From a virus, in IMG/VR virus record IMGVR_UViG_3300021962_000031: 64,000 nucleotides of DNA; one strand, written 5' to 3'. The notes beneath the pieces were generated by a model that did no database searches, was not told where the DNA came from, and saw nothing but the letters and a program-made list of their open reading frames with translations. The translations under genes were made by a program, and so were the position numbers. The number at the start of each line of letters is the position of its first letter. Within the stretch, counting starts at the first letter, position 1. This document shows positions 1 through 8,855 of the stretch, piece after piece.

Positions 1-1
1 G

Positions 2-1798
2 ATCGAGTTTGCCTGCCAGGGGATTGACCTAGTCCACCCAAACCCCCGCATCGAGAAGTTCTTCAAGGAATGGTTCAACAAGGTCAACGGCAAGGAGCGC
101 ACCGAGCGCATCCTGAACATGCTGTTCCGTGCGGGCAATGTGGTCATCAAGCGTTCGACGGCCCGTCTGGCCGATGAGGACGCCGCCGCCCTCCAGCGTG
201 GCAAGGCAGCCGATGTCAAGCCGGACATTGCAAAAGCGCCCGACCCCATGGAAATCCCGTGGGAGTACACGATCTTCAACCCTCTTTCCGTTGACGTATT
301 CGGTCAGGAGTTGGCTCCTTTCCTCGGCACCAAGTATTTCCGGTACGGTGTCCGGGTCTCCGAGGTTGTCAGCAAGAAGATCAAGAAACCCGAGGTCACC
401 ATCGAGAAGCAGATGATGACCAAGCTGCCTCGGGAGGTGTTGAACCTAGCCCGTCAAGGTGGCAAGCTCATCCCGTTGCCGCCCGAGAAGACGGTGGCCA
501 TCTACTACAAGCGGGACGACTGGCAGGTCTGGGCGCGACCCATGACCTACGCCATCCTTGAAGACCTGATCATGCTCCGCAAGATGAAGCTGGCCGATCT
601 GGCTGCGCTGGACGGTGCAGTTTCCTATATCCGTCTGTGGAAGCTGGGTTCTCTCGACCACCGCATTCTGCCGACCGAAGCGGCGATTGCCCGCTTGGCC
701 GACATGCTGATGAACAATGTTGGCGGTGGCTCCATCGACCTGATCTGGGGGCCGGAGCTTCAGCTTCAGGAAACCTCGACCGACATCTCCAAGTTCCTGG
801 GCGAAGAGAAGTACCGTCCGATCCTCAACAACATCTTTGCCGGACTGGGAATACCGCCCGGATTGACGGGCCTGCCCGCCCCTGGCGGCTTCGGCAACAA
901 CTTCATCAGCCTCCAAACGCTGGTCGAACGACTCCAGTACGGGCGTGACCTGCTGATCCGATTCTGGGCCAACGAGGTTCGCATCGTACAGCAAGCCATG
1001 GGCTTCCGCTTGCCAGCACAGGTGGTCTTCGACCAGCAAACTCTCACGGACGAGGCCGCCCAGCAGCGACTGCTGATCGACCTCGCCGACCGCGGTCTCA
1101 TCTCCGACGAGGCCCTCCAGGAACGGTTCGGCCTCATCCCCGAGATCGAGCGTGTCCGCACCCGCCGCGAGGCCCGCATGCGAGACAATGGCAATCTCCC
1201 CGCCAAGGTTGGCCCGTTCAACGCCGACACGAAGGAAGCGGTCAAGAAAATCTTCGCCCAGAACGGATACATGACCCCAGAGGACTTCGGCATCGAGGCA
1301 TCCGGCCAGCCCAAAAATGCGGGCGGTCAGCCGGTGTCCGAAGAACTCAAGGGTCAGCCTGGACAGGGTCGCCCGCCCGGCTCGACGGATACCCAGCCAC
1401 GACAACGGCGGGAAGTCAAGCCGGAGAAACCCGCCCAGGCCGAATATGCAGCCGCCTTTGTGTGGGCCGACTCTGCCCACCGCCAAGTCTGCGAGTTGAC
1501 CCAGCCAGCTTACCTGAAGAGCATCGGCAAGAAGAACCTGCGCGAGGCCTCCTCGGAAGAGATCGCCGCTCTGGAAGAGTTCCGCTTTGCCGCCCTGTGC
1601 CAGTTCTCTGTCGGCGATGAGATCACCAAAGAGAAACTCAAGGAAGTGCTGTCGAAGCCGATCACCGTGCCCGCACCGGTCCAGGCACTCCACAAGGAAA
1701 CTCTCTCCAAGTTCGTTCAGCAAAAAGGCTCCATGCCAACCGCAGAAGAACGCCGACGGATAGAAGCCTCTGTTTATGCGGTTTATTCCTGCCTGTAA
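2..1798 (+). CDS. Portal protein (5'-truncated by window edge)
   Basis: The frame is open from base 2 (IEFACQGIDLVHPNPRIEKFFKEW...). It lies directly upstream of protease, decoration and capsid genes. It has a portal-like GLGIP..L segment, a helical body and a disordered C-terminal GRP tail. Confidence 0.8.
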   Translation: MEFACQGIDLVHPNPRIEKFFKEWFNKVNGKERTERILNMLFRAGNVVIKRSTARLADEDAAALQRGKAADVKPDIAKAPDPMEIPWEYTIFNPLSVDVFGQELAPFLGTKYFRYGVRVSEVVSKKIKKPEVTIEKQMMTKLPREVLNLARQGGKLIPLPPEKTVAIYYKRDDWQVWARPMTYAILEDLIMLRKMKLADLAALDGAVSYIRLWKLGSLDHRILPTEAAIARLADMLMNNVGGGSIDLIWGPELQLQETSTDISKFLGEEKYRPILNNIFAGLGIPPGLTGLPAPGGFGNNFISLQTLVERLQYGRDLLIRFWANEVRIVQQAMGFRLPAQVVFDQQTLTDEAAQQRLLIDLADRGLISDEALQERFGLIPEIERVRTRREARMRDNGNLPAKVGPFNADTKEAVKKIFAQNGYMTPEDFGIEASGQPKNAGGQPVSEELKGQPGQGRPPGSTDTQPRQRREVKPEKPAQAEYAAAFVWADSAHRQVCELTQPAYLKSIGKKNLREASSEEIAALEEFRFAALCQFSVGDEITKEKLKEVLSKPITVPAPVQALHKETLSKFVQQKGSMPTAEERRRIEASVYAVYSCL

Positions 1799-1814
1799 TT
1801 GACCAATCCCCCAC

Positions 1815-1841
1815 CCTCCCCGGTGTAAAAACCGAGGGAGG
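1815..1841 (+). promoter_or_regulatory. CGGTGTAAAA motif inside a hairpin that pairs the GGGAGG RBS of the protease gene
   Basis: CCTCCC-CGGT (1815-1824) pairs with ACCG-A-GGGAGG (1831-1841); loop GTAAAA; ATG at 1853. Confidence 0.6.
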
Positions 1842-1852
1842 CTTAGCAAACC

Positions 1853-3268
1853 ATGGAAATCGCCGTTTATAAAGCAGAACAGGAAGCCGGTCTGGAAGAA
1901 CAGATCAGGGCCAATGCTTCCGTTGCTTGGCAGTCCGATGTCCAGCTTTGCGATGCCTTTGACCTAGGCAATGCCAAGGCCAACCTCCTGCCCGAACACG
2001 CCACGGCAGAGAACAAAAACCAGATCGATCTCCACTACCTGCGCACCATCATGGTGACCTCGGCGTGGAACCTGAACGACGATGTCTTCACCCCCCACGA
2101 AATGTGGCTGGCCCGGGCGACCCCGGAAGACAAGCCGTTCAACTACATGCACGAGCAGCACGACATCATCGGCCACATCACGAATGCCGTTGCCGTCGAT
2201 GACAGCATGCAGCCGATCCCGGAAGAAACCCCCGCCGACAAGCTGCCCGAACACTACCACATCGTCACCAATGCCGTTCTTTACAAGTTCTGGGAGAAGC
2301 CGGAACTGCAAGAGCGGATGAACAAGCTCATCGCCGAAATCGCTGAGAACAAGTGGTTCGTGTCGATGGAAGCCTTGTTCTACGGCTTCGACTATGCGTT
2401 CAAGACCGCCAAGGGTTGGCAAATCATTGAGCGCAACGACAAGACGGCTTTCCTCACCAAGCATTTGCGCGTCTACGGCGGCAAGGGCGAGTTTGAGGGT
2501 AAAAAGCTAGGCCGCGTGTTGCGGCGGATCGTGTTCTCCGGGAAGGGACTCGTCAGTAAGCCCGCCAACCCGGAAAGCGTAATCCTCGAGGCCAACAAGG
2601 CTTCGGGGTATGAACTTCCCAGAGAGGAGACTCACACCATGAGCGTTGAAATTGAAACTGTCCAGGCCGAAGCCGCCGAGGCCAAGGCAAAAGCCGAACA
2701 GCTGGCCACCGAGTTGGCTGCCGCCAACGAGAAGCTGGCCCAGGTCGAAGCCGAGAAGCGTCTGGCCCGCCTGACCGCTTCCGTCGCCGAGAAGCTGGAA
2801 GCCGACGCCGTTCACGCTTTGGCTATTGCCACCGCCCTGTCCGGCCTGACCGACGAGGCCTTTGAGGCCGCTGTCGCCAGCGCCAACGAGTACATGGCCG
2901 CCAAGCTTGCCGCCTACAAGGGCCAGTCCGAGAAGGTGAAGGCTGCCGAAGACCTGACCGCCACCGTGGAAGCCCTCAAGGCCCAGGTGGAAGAGTTGAA
3001 GAAGATCGCCGCCGAAATCACCCCCGCCCCCAAGGGTCTCGGTGACGCCAACCCGCCTAAGCCAGCACCCGTGATGTCCATCCCCATGGACAAGGGCGCT
3101 ATTCCCCCCGAGGCCGCTCCTGTTGTGGCCGGGGTTCTCGACAAGGTCATTCCGAGCGAGGAGCCGGCCCTCGCCGACCCCGCAGCCAGCCCTGTGGTGA
3201 ACAAGGTGGCTGCTCAGATCGCTGCGTTCTTCAACGCAGACGAGACTGAAAGCCCGGAAGCCGAGTAA
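1853..3268 (+). CDS. Prohead maturation protease fused to a scaffold domain
   Basis: N-terminal half has WNLNDDVF, H..HDIIGH, VSMEA and FSGKGLV..PAN motifs typical of phage prohead proteases. C-terminal half is an Ala/Glu/Lys coiled coil. Located between portal and capsid genes. Confidence 0.8.
   Translation: MEIAVYKAEQEAGLEEQIRANASVAWQSDVQLCDAFDLGNAKANLLPEHATAENKNQIDLHYLRTIMVTSAWNLNDDVFTPHEMWLARATPEDKPFNYMHEQHDIIGHITNAVAVDDSMQPIPEETPADKLPEHYHIVTNAVLYKFWEKPELQERMNKLIAEIAENKWFVSMEALFYGFDYAFKTAKGWQIIERNDKTAFLTKHLRVYGGKGEFEGKKLGRVLRRIVFSGKGLVSKPANPESVILEANKASGYELPREETHTMSVEIETVQAEAAEAKAKAEQLATELAAANEKLAQVEAEKRLARLTASVAEKLEADAVHALAIATALSGLTDEAFEAAVASANEYMAAKLAAYKGQSEKVKAAEDLTATVEALKAQVEELKKIAAEITPAPKGLGDANPPKPAPVMSIPMDKGAIPPEAAPVVAGVLDKVIPSEEPALADPAASPVVNKVAAQIAAFFNADETESPEAE
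2639..3268 (+). CDS. Probable nested in-frame scaffold protein (internal start MSVEIETV)
   Basis: AGGAG at 2625-2629 lies 9 nt before an in-frame ATG located at the protease/coiled-coil boundary. Confidence 0.55.
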   Translation: MSVEIETVQAEAAEAKAKAEQLATELAAANEKLAQVEAEKRLARLTASVAEKLEADAVHALAIATALSGLTDEAFEAAVASANEYMAAKLAAYKGQSEKVKAAEDLTATVEALKAQVEELKKIAAEITPAPKGLGDANPPKPAPVMSIPMDKGAIPPEAAPVVAGVLDKVIPSEEPALADPAASPVVNKVAAQIAAFFNADETESPEAE

Positions 3269-3296
3269 GTTTCTCACCCACAAGGAGACGAGAGAG

Positions 3297-3761
3297 ATGG
3301 CACTGAAACCTGATCGTCACATTCTGGAGACCGACATCTCCCTCGTGTGCAATGACGTCCACGAGAAGGGAGCTGTTCTGGTCTACAGCACCGCGTCCAG
3401 CGGCACGGGGCTTTACACCCCGGGCGTTGCGACCGTTGCCGCCAACCCCTCCGGCAAGGTTCCCGCAGGCGTCAGCCTGGCGGCCTTTGTCAACATCGAC
3501 CAGACCCGCCAGAAGAGGAACTTCCAGCGCGATGAGCAAGTCATCGGCGAGAAGGCACCCCTGCTGAAGAAGGGCTGGGTGGTCACCGACATGATCGTGA
3601 GCGGCCAGGCTGCTTCCATCGATGCTGGTGTGACCGCTTACCTCGGCGCCAGCGGCAAGCTGACCACCGTGGCCAGCACCAACCCCGTTGTCGGCCAGTT
3701 CGCCAACAAGGTGGACGCCGAAGGCTTCGTGAAGGTCTACATCGACCTCCCCGCAGTCTAA
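3297..3761 (+). CDS. Capsid decoration/cement protein
   Basis: 154-aa beta-rich protein immediately before the MCP; AAGGAG RBS; codon bias similar to the MCP. Confidence 0.7.
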   Translation: MALKPDRHILETDISLVCNDVHEKGAVLVYSTASSGTGLYTPGVATVAANPSGKVPAGVSLAAFVNIDQTRQKRNFQRDEQVIGEKAPLLKKGWVVTDMIVSGQAASIDAGVTAYLGASGKLTTVASTNPVVGQFANKVDAEGFVKVYIDLPAV

Positions 3762-3792
3762 TCACAGGTAACCTCTCAAGGAGACAGAACAA

Positions 3793-4812
3793 ATGAAGAA
3801 GCCCAGTGATGAGATGGTTGGCCTGCTGAAACGAGCCGGCGACCATGGTTTCGAGACCGCCAGCGCAGCTCAGCATGAGCTGGCCAAAGCCCTCACCCTG
3901 CCCCTGCGTCAGGGCATCCTGAAGGGTGACATCGTCAGCGGTATCTACCAGCCGATTTACTTCGCGCCTGGCACCGCTGTTGAGTTCCCCCTCGACTTCT
4001 TGGCCCCCGGGACCGAGAAGGACTTCGTGGCCTACACCGTGCCTGCTCAGGGTCGCATCCCCGAGAAGCATGTGAGCGGTGACTTCGTGATGGTTCCGAC
4101 CTACGAAGTGGCCGACTCCATCGACTTCGCCCTGAAGTACGCCCGCGACGCCCGTTGGGACATCGTCGGTCGCTGCATGCAGGTGCTGGAAGCGTCCTTC
4201 GTCCGCAAGATGAACGACGACGGCTGGCGCACCATCCTGTCGGCTGGCAACAGCCGCTCCCTGGTGGTGTACGACTCGGCCGCCACCCCCGGCCTGTTCA
4301 CCAAGCGCCTCGTGGCCCTGATGAAGACCATCATGCGCCGCAACGCTGGCGGTAACAGCACCTCGGTGAACCGTGGCGCTTTGACCGACCTGTATGTCAG
4401 CCCCGAAGCCATGGAAGACATGCGCTCTTGGGACCTGAGCCAGGTCGATGACTTCACCCGCCGGGAAATCTTCCTCGCCGGCACGGGCAACGAAGAGTAC
4501 GGCCTGACCCAGATTTTCGGCGTGAAGCTGCACGATCTGGACGAGCTGGGTGTGGGTCAGGACTACCAGACCTACTTCACCGGCACCCTCGGTGGCTCCC
4601 TGGACTTCGGCAGCGGCAACGACGAGAAGCTTGAGCTTTGCGTCGGCCTCGACCTGTCCAAGGACGACTCCTTCGTGATGCCCTGGCGTCAAGAGATCGA
4701 AGTGTTCGAGGACCCCACCTTCCATCGTCAGCGTCGCGCTGGCTTCTATGGCTTCGGTGAGTACGGCTTCTCGATCCTCGACAACCGTCGGGTTCTGCTG
4801 GGCGCCCTGTAA
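3793..4812 (+). CDS. Major capsid protein (HK97 fold)
   Basis: 339 aa with AAGGAG RBS and strong C-ending codon bias, followed by a terminator. C-terminal G.YG..EYGF..LD.R pattern; canonical position in the head module. Confidence 0.85.
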   Translation: MKKPSDEMVGLLKRAGDHGFETASAAQHELAKALTLPLRQGILKGDIVSGIYQPIYFAPGTAVEFPLDFLAPGTEKDFVAYTVPAQGRIPEKHVSGDFVMVPTYEVADSIDFALKYARDARWDIVGRCMQVLEASFVRKMNDDGWRTILSAGNSRSLVVYDSAATPGLFTKRLVALMKTIMRRNAGGNSTSVNRGALTDLYVSPEAMEDMRSWDLSQVDDFTRREIFLAGTGNEEYGLTQIFGVKLHDLDELGVGQDYQTYFTGTLGGSLDFGSGNDEKLELCVGLDLSKDDSFVMPWRQEIEVFEDPTFHRQRRAGFYGFGEYGFSILDNRRVLLGAL

Positions 4813-4840
4813 TAGGGACCTCCAAACGGAGCTAGCTTGC

Positions 4841-4872
4841 GAGGGCGGCCATCTGGCCGCCCTCCTTGTTTT
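4841..4872 (+). terminator. Rho-independent terminator after the MCP
   Basis: GAGGGCGGCC-ATCT-GGCCGCCCTC perfect 10-bp stem followed by CTTGTTTT. Confidence 0.75.
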
Positions 4873-4874
4873 GA

Positions 4875-4884
4875 CGGTGTAAAT
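4875..4884 (+). promoter_or_regulatory. CGGTGTAAAT putative late promoter motif
   Basis: Immediately after the MCP terminator and 27 nt before ATG 4902; the motif recurs in other intergenic gaps. Confidence 0.6.
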
Positions 4885-4901
4885 TCCGGTGGAGGATAGA
4901 T

Positions 4902-5168
4902 ATGAATGCCTACCGGATCGTCACTCGAATCCAGGATCAGGACGACTTCAGCGGCGTCCCGCAGTCCGGTCAAGTCGTTTACTTTGATTCCTCTTCCGGC
5001 AAGTTTGTTCCCGCCGACCTCCTGCCTCTTATCCCCCCTGTGGGCAGGACTCTTGCTGGCTTAACGGACGTTCAGGTGGTGGCCCCATCGGGCAATGACG
5101 TCCTCATGTACCGCTCTGGCGACCAGAAGTGGATGAACGAACACATTCTTGACGGAGGCAACTGGTAA
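4902..5168 (+). CDS. Small fibre adaptor protein ending LDGGNW
   Basis: GGAGG RBS; LAGLTDV..PSGNDVL.Y..KW.N fibre repeat; TAATG coupling to the next gene. Confidence 0.6.
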   Translation: MNAYRIVTRIQDQDDFSGVPQSGQVVYFDSSSGKFVPADLLPLIPPVGRTLAGLTDVQVVAPSGNDVLMYRSGDQKWMNEHILDGGNW

Positions 5169-6661
5169 TGGCTAACACGATCAGAATCAAGCGCAGGACA
5201 TCGGGCCAGGCCGGTGCGCCGTCTTCGCTTTACAACGCCGAGTTGGCTTTCAACGAGGTGGACAAGGTACTCTATTACGGCTTCGGCACGGGCGGGGCGG
5301 GTGGAACCGCAGGCTCGGTCATCGCCATTGCGGGCGAGGGCGCCTTCCTGCCGTTGTCGGGCGCCGGTACTGCTACTCTGGGCAAAGCGGTCAATTTCAC
5401 AGGCACCGTGGACTTTCAGGGCACCACCACCGCTCTGACCGTCACCGCTGCGGACAACTCCACCAAGGTCGCCACCACCGCCTGGGTGAAGAACCAAGGC
5501 TATCGTACCGGCAACGAAACCATCAATGTCTTCGGGGACGCCACTGGTTCGGGCACGACTTCGATCACGGTGACTTTGGCCAATACCGGCGTGACCGCCG
5601 GGACCTACACGAAAGTCACGGTCAACTCCAAAGGCCTTGTCACCTCGGCCACCACCCTGGCCGCTTCCGACATTCCGACTTTGACTGCGTCAAAGATTTC
5701 GGACTTCGACACGCAAGTCCGCACCAGCCGTCTCGACCAGATGGCCGCTCCATCGTCGTCGCTGAGCCTGAACAGCCAGAAGATCACCAGTCTGGCCGAT
5801 CCGACCAACGCCCAAGATGCTGCCACCAAGAACTATGTGGACTCCACGGCGCAGGGACTTGACCCCAAAGCTTCTGTCCGCGTTGCCACCCAATCGAACC
5901 TGAACCTGTCATCGCCCGGCTCGACCATCGATGGTATCACGATGGTTTCCGGCGACCGCGTGTTGGTCAAAGCCCAGACAACGGCCTCCGAGAACGGTAT
6001 CTATATCTACAACGGCTCGGCCACCGCCCTGACCCGCGCCTCCGACGCCAACAGCACCAGCAACCTGACCGCTGGCGCCTTCGTCTTCGTCGAGGAAGGC
6101 TCCGATTCAAGTGCCGGTTATGTGTTGCAGAAGCCTGCCGGCTCCTATGTACTGGGCACGAGCAGCCTGACCTTCGTCCAGTTCAGTGGCACCGGCCAGA
6201 TCACGGCTGGCGCAGGTTTGACCAAGACCGGAAACAGTATCGATGTGGTCGGCACCGCCAATCGCATCACCGTCAACGCTGACAGCATCGACATCGCCAG
6301 CACCTACGCTGGCCAGAACACCATCACCACCGTTGGCACGATTGCCACAGGCACCTGGAACGGCACAGTCGTTTCGGTCTCCTACGGTGGCACGGGCGCA
6401 TCAACCCTGACCGGCTACTTGAAGGGCAACGGCACCTCGGCATTCACCGGCTCCTCGACCATCCCCGGCTCCGACATCACCGGCAACATCTCCGGGAACG
6501 CCGCCAATGTCACCGGCACCGTGGCCGTGGCGAATGGCGGTACTGGAGCCACCACGCTGTCGGGTATTTTGAAAGGGAACGGAACTTCGGCGATTAGTGC
6601 AGCGACTGCTGGCACCGATTATCTGGACCCCAACAGCACCCTTGATGGCGGCAGCTTCTAA
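5168..6661 (+). CDS. Head/tail fibre protein with Mtd_N-like N-terminus
   Basis: N-terminal IRIKR..GAPSSL..ELAFN..LYYG; GVTAGTYTKVTVN.KG repeat; LDPKASV..GDRVLVK.Q..ENGIY domain; NGGTGA repeats; ends LDGGSF. Confidence 0.75.
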   Translation: MANTIRIKRRTSGQAGAPSSLYNAELAFNEVDKVLYYGFGTGGAGGTAGSVIAIAGEGAFLPLSGAGTATLGKAVNFTGTVDFQGTTTALTVTAADNSTKVATTAWVKNQGYRTGNETINVFGDATGSGTTSITVTLANTGVTAGTYTKVTVNSKGLVTSATTLAASDIPTLTASKISDFDTQVRTSRLDQMAAPSSSLSLNSQKITSLADPTNAQDAATKNYVDSTAQGLDPKASVRVATQSNLNLSSPGSTIDGITMVSGDRVLVKAQTTASENGIYIYNGSATALTRASDANSTSNLTAGAFVFVEEGSDSSAGYVLQKPAGSYVLGTSSLTFVQFSGTGQITAGAGLTKTGNSIDVVGTANRITVNADSIDIASTYAGQNTITTVGTIATGTWNGTVVSVSYGGTGASTLTGYLKGNGTSAFTGSSTIPGSDITGNISGNAANVTGTVAVANGGTGATTLSGILKGNGTSAISAATAGTDYLDPNSTLDGGSF

Positions 6662-7308
6662 TGCCAAATACGATCCGGCTGAAGAGAAACACCTCCACGG
6701 GGGTGTCCCCCGCAGCGGGTTCTCTTTCGACCGGCGAATTGGCGATCAACACGGCAGATGGTGTCCTGTTCACAAAGAACGAATCGGGCACCGTCCTCAA
6801 GCTCGTTCCATTCAATCAATACGGCCTTCTCGTCGTCGGCACCGGAGCCACCGCCCGGTCAGTTACCTGTAGTGCGTATGCCAACGGCAACTTTGCGGCG
6901 ACGGGAGACGCCCAGTACAGGACGGGCCTTCTCAGGGCTTCGACCACCACGGCGACCACCACGGAACTGAGCCTGGATGGGGCGGCCGCCAGCAACTCCA
7001 ACACCTTCGTGTTGCCGAACAACGCCACCTTCCATTTTGACATCAGCGTCGTCGCCCGCAGGACAGACACGACTGGCGAACATGGGGCTTGGCACTTTTC
7101 CGGCTGTATCTCCCGCGATGCCACCGCTGCCACCACGGCTATTGTCGGCACCGTTGGCAAGACCACGGTCGCCAAGACAACTGATGCCTGGGACTGCAAT
7201 GTCGTGGCTGACGCCACCAATGGTCGGCTCGTTGTCAATGTCACCGGCCAGGCAGCCAAGACGATTCGCTGGGTGGCCACCGCCAAGATCACGGAGGTGA
7301 CCGCCTAA
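6661..7308 (+). CDS. Fibre protein with Mtd_N-like N-terminus and C-terminal beta-sandwich tip
   Basis: MPNTIRLKR..SLSTGELAINTADG.LF; C-terminal VTG.A.KTIRWVA domain shared with the next two genes. Confidence 0.7.
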   Translation: MPNTIRLKRNTSTGVSPAAGSLSTGELAINTADGVLFTKNESGTVLKLVPFNQYGLLVVGTGATARSVTCSAYANGNFAATGDAQYRTGLLRASTTTATTTELSLDGAAASNSNTFVLPNNATFHFDISVVARRTDTTGEHGAWHFSGCISRDATAATTAIVGTVGKTTVAKTTDAWDCNVVADATNGRLVVNVTGQAAKTIRWVATAKITEVTA

Positions 7309-8855
7309 TGCCAAAGAGAATCGACCAGCTTGGGGATCGCGCACCGGTCAACAATGATTGGGTGGTTTCCACGATCACCAGCGGCCCGGCTACCCGCTCC
7401 CGGCTGTACCAGCTGATCCGCAACGGCCTCGACCAGTCGGTGGACACGGGCGGCAACTCTTTACCAATCATCGGCCCCGAGAGAACCGTTACTGGCTCGG
7501 GCGGTCACATCCTGTTTGTCCCAGGCAAGAAGGCGGGTGGACCTGGAAACGCCCCCTCCGATTACTACGGCAGGGTTTACTTCGTCGCCTCGGGCGGCAC
7601 CTCCCCGACCAACGCCGACTTCTACTTCGCCTTTGACACCGACAAGGTCCTGATTGTCTCCGGTCAGACAGGGTCGGGCAAGGCGATCCTCCTGCAAAGC
7701 GGCACAGCCACAGCCTGCTCGGTCCACATCGGCCAAACCCTATCCTCCGGCCCGGCGGTGGGGATCAGCGGGCCTCTTATTTCCAACGGGTTGTTCGTCA
7801 ACGGCACGCAGGGCGTCTTCCAAGAAGACTTCTCCTCGTTTGATGTTGTCAATCCAAAGCTCCTCTGGCCCCGCAAGGTCTCCACGCTGGCCACCTCGGG
7901 TTCCGGTGCGCCCGATGTGGGCATTGAGCGGGCGTCCAAGGGCATCCTCAAGGTCACCGATGGATCGACCGGGGGCGGCTCCTTCTCGTCGCCGTCCTCC
8001 ACAATCACCGTCTCCAGCGAGACCACCAACAATCTGGCCATCGGCTCGACCAGCTATGTCCGCCTGAATGTCACCATTTCCACGACTTTGACCGGGATTG
8101 CCCCGCCCACCGATGGCAGTCACGCCGACGGCAGGAAGGTCAGCCTGTTCAATGTCGGCACAGCCAATATCGCCTTAGCCAACAACAACACCGGTAGCAC
8201 GGCCAGCAATCGCCTCCAGGTCAACGGCACCCAGATAGTTCCCCCAAGTACAAGCGTGGACTTGACTTATGACTCGACGGTGTCGAGATGGGTCGTGTCT
8301 GGCGGCAGTTCGGGGGCCTCGGGAGCGCAGGGTTCTAACGGGGCCGTGCAATATGCCTCCGGGGGATTTCTTGCGGGAGCCACAGGTGTATTTACAGATG
8401 GATCGGACTTGCGAGTGCAGGGGCCGCTCCTGACCGGTTCAACGAACACGCGGTGCGGCCTCTATGTTGTCCACAAGCTGACCCAGTCGGCCACCCCGGA
8501 AAAGTTGACCACGGACGGGCAGGCGGTGACTGGCAGCAATCAGGTGATAATGCCTGATAACGCAACCTATCTCTTTGATATTCTTGTCAGCGCACAGCGC
8601 GAAGATGCTATCGGGGAGAGGGCGGCGTTCCGCTTTGAGGGGGTCGCCTTCCGGAATACCGGGGCGGCAACGGTAGACATCCTCATCGGTGGCGTCAGCA
8701 AAACCAGCATATCCAAGTCCGAAGTTCCCTGGGATGTCTCCGTGACCACGGACACAGCCAATGGGGCGATCAGCATTGTGGTAACCGGCGAGTCAGCCAA
8801 GTCCATTCGTTGGGTGGCCGCCGTCAAGACAGTCGAGGTGCGCCGTGCCAATTAA
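7308..8855 (+). CDS. Mosaic fibre protein
   Basis: Gly/Ser/Thr-rich; GIAPP..H.DGR..NVG module; C-terminal VTGE.AKSIRWVA module. Confidence 0.7.
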   Translation: MPKRIDQLGDRAPVNNDWVVSTITSGPATRSRLYQLIRNGLDQSVDTGGNSLPIIGPERTVTGSGGHILFVPGKKAGGPGNAPSDYYGRVYFVASGGTSPTNADFYFAFDTDKVLIVSGQTGSGKAILLQSGTATACSVHIGQTLSSGPAVGISGPLISNGLFVNGTQGVFQEDFSSFDVVNPKLLWPRKVSTLATSGSGAPDVGIERASKGILKVTDGSTGGGSFSSPSSTITVSSETTNNLAIGSTSYVRLNVTISTTLTGIAPPTDGSHADGRKVSLFNVGTANIALANNNTGSTASNRLQVNGTQIVPPSTSVDLTYDSTVSRWVVSGGSSGASGAQGSNGAVQYASGGFLAGATGVFTDGSDLRVQGPLLTGSTNTRCGLYVVHKLTQSATPEKLTTDGQAVTGSNQVIMPDNATYLFDILVSAQREDAIGERAAFRFEGVAFRNTGAATVDILIGGVSKTSISKSEVPWDVSVTTDTANGAISIVVTGESAKSIRWVAAVKTVEVRRAN

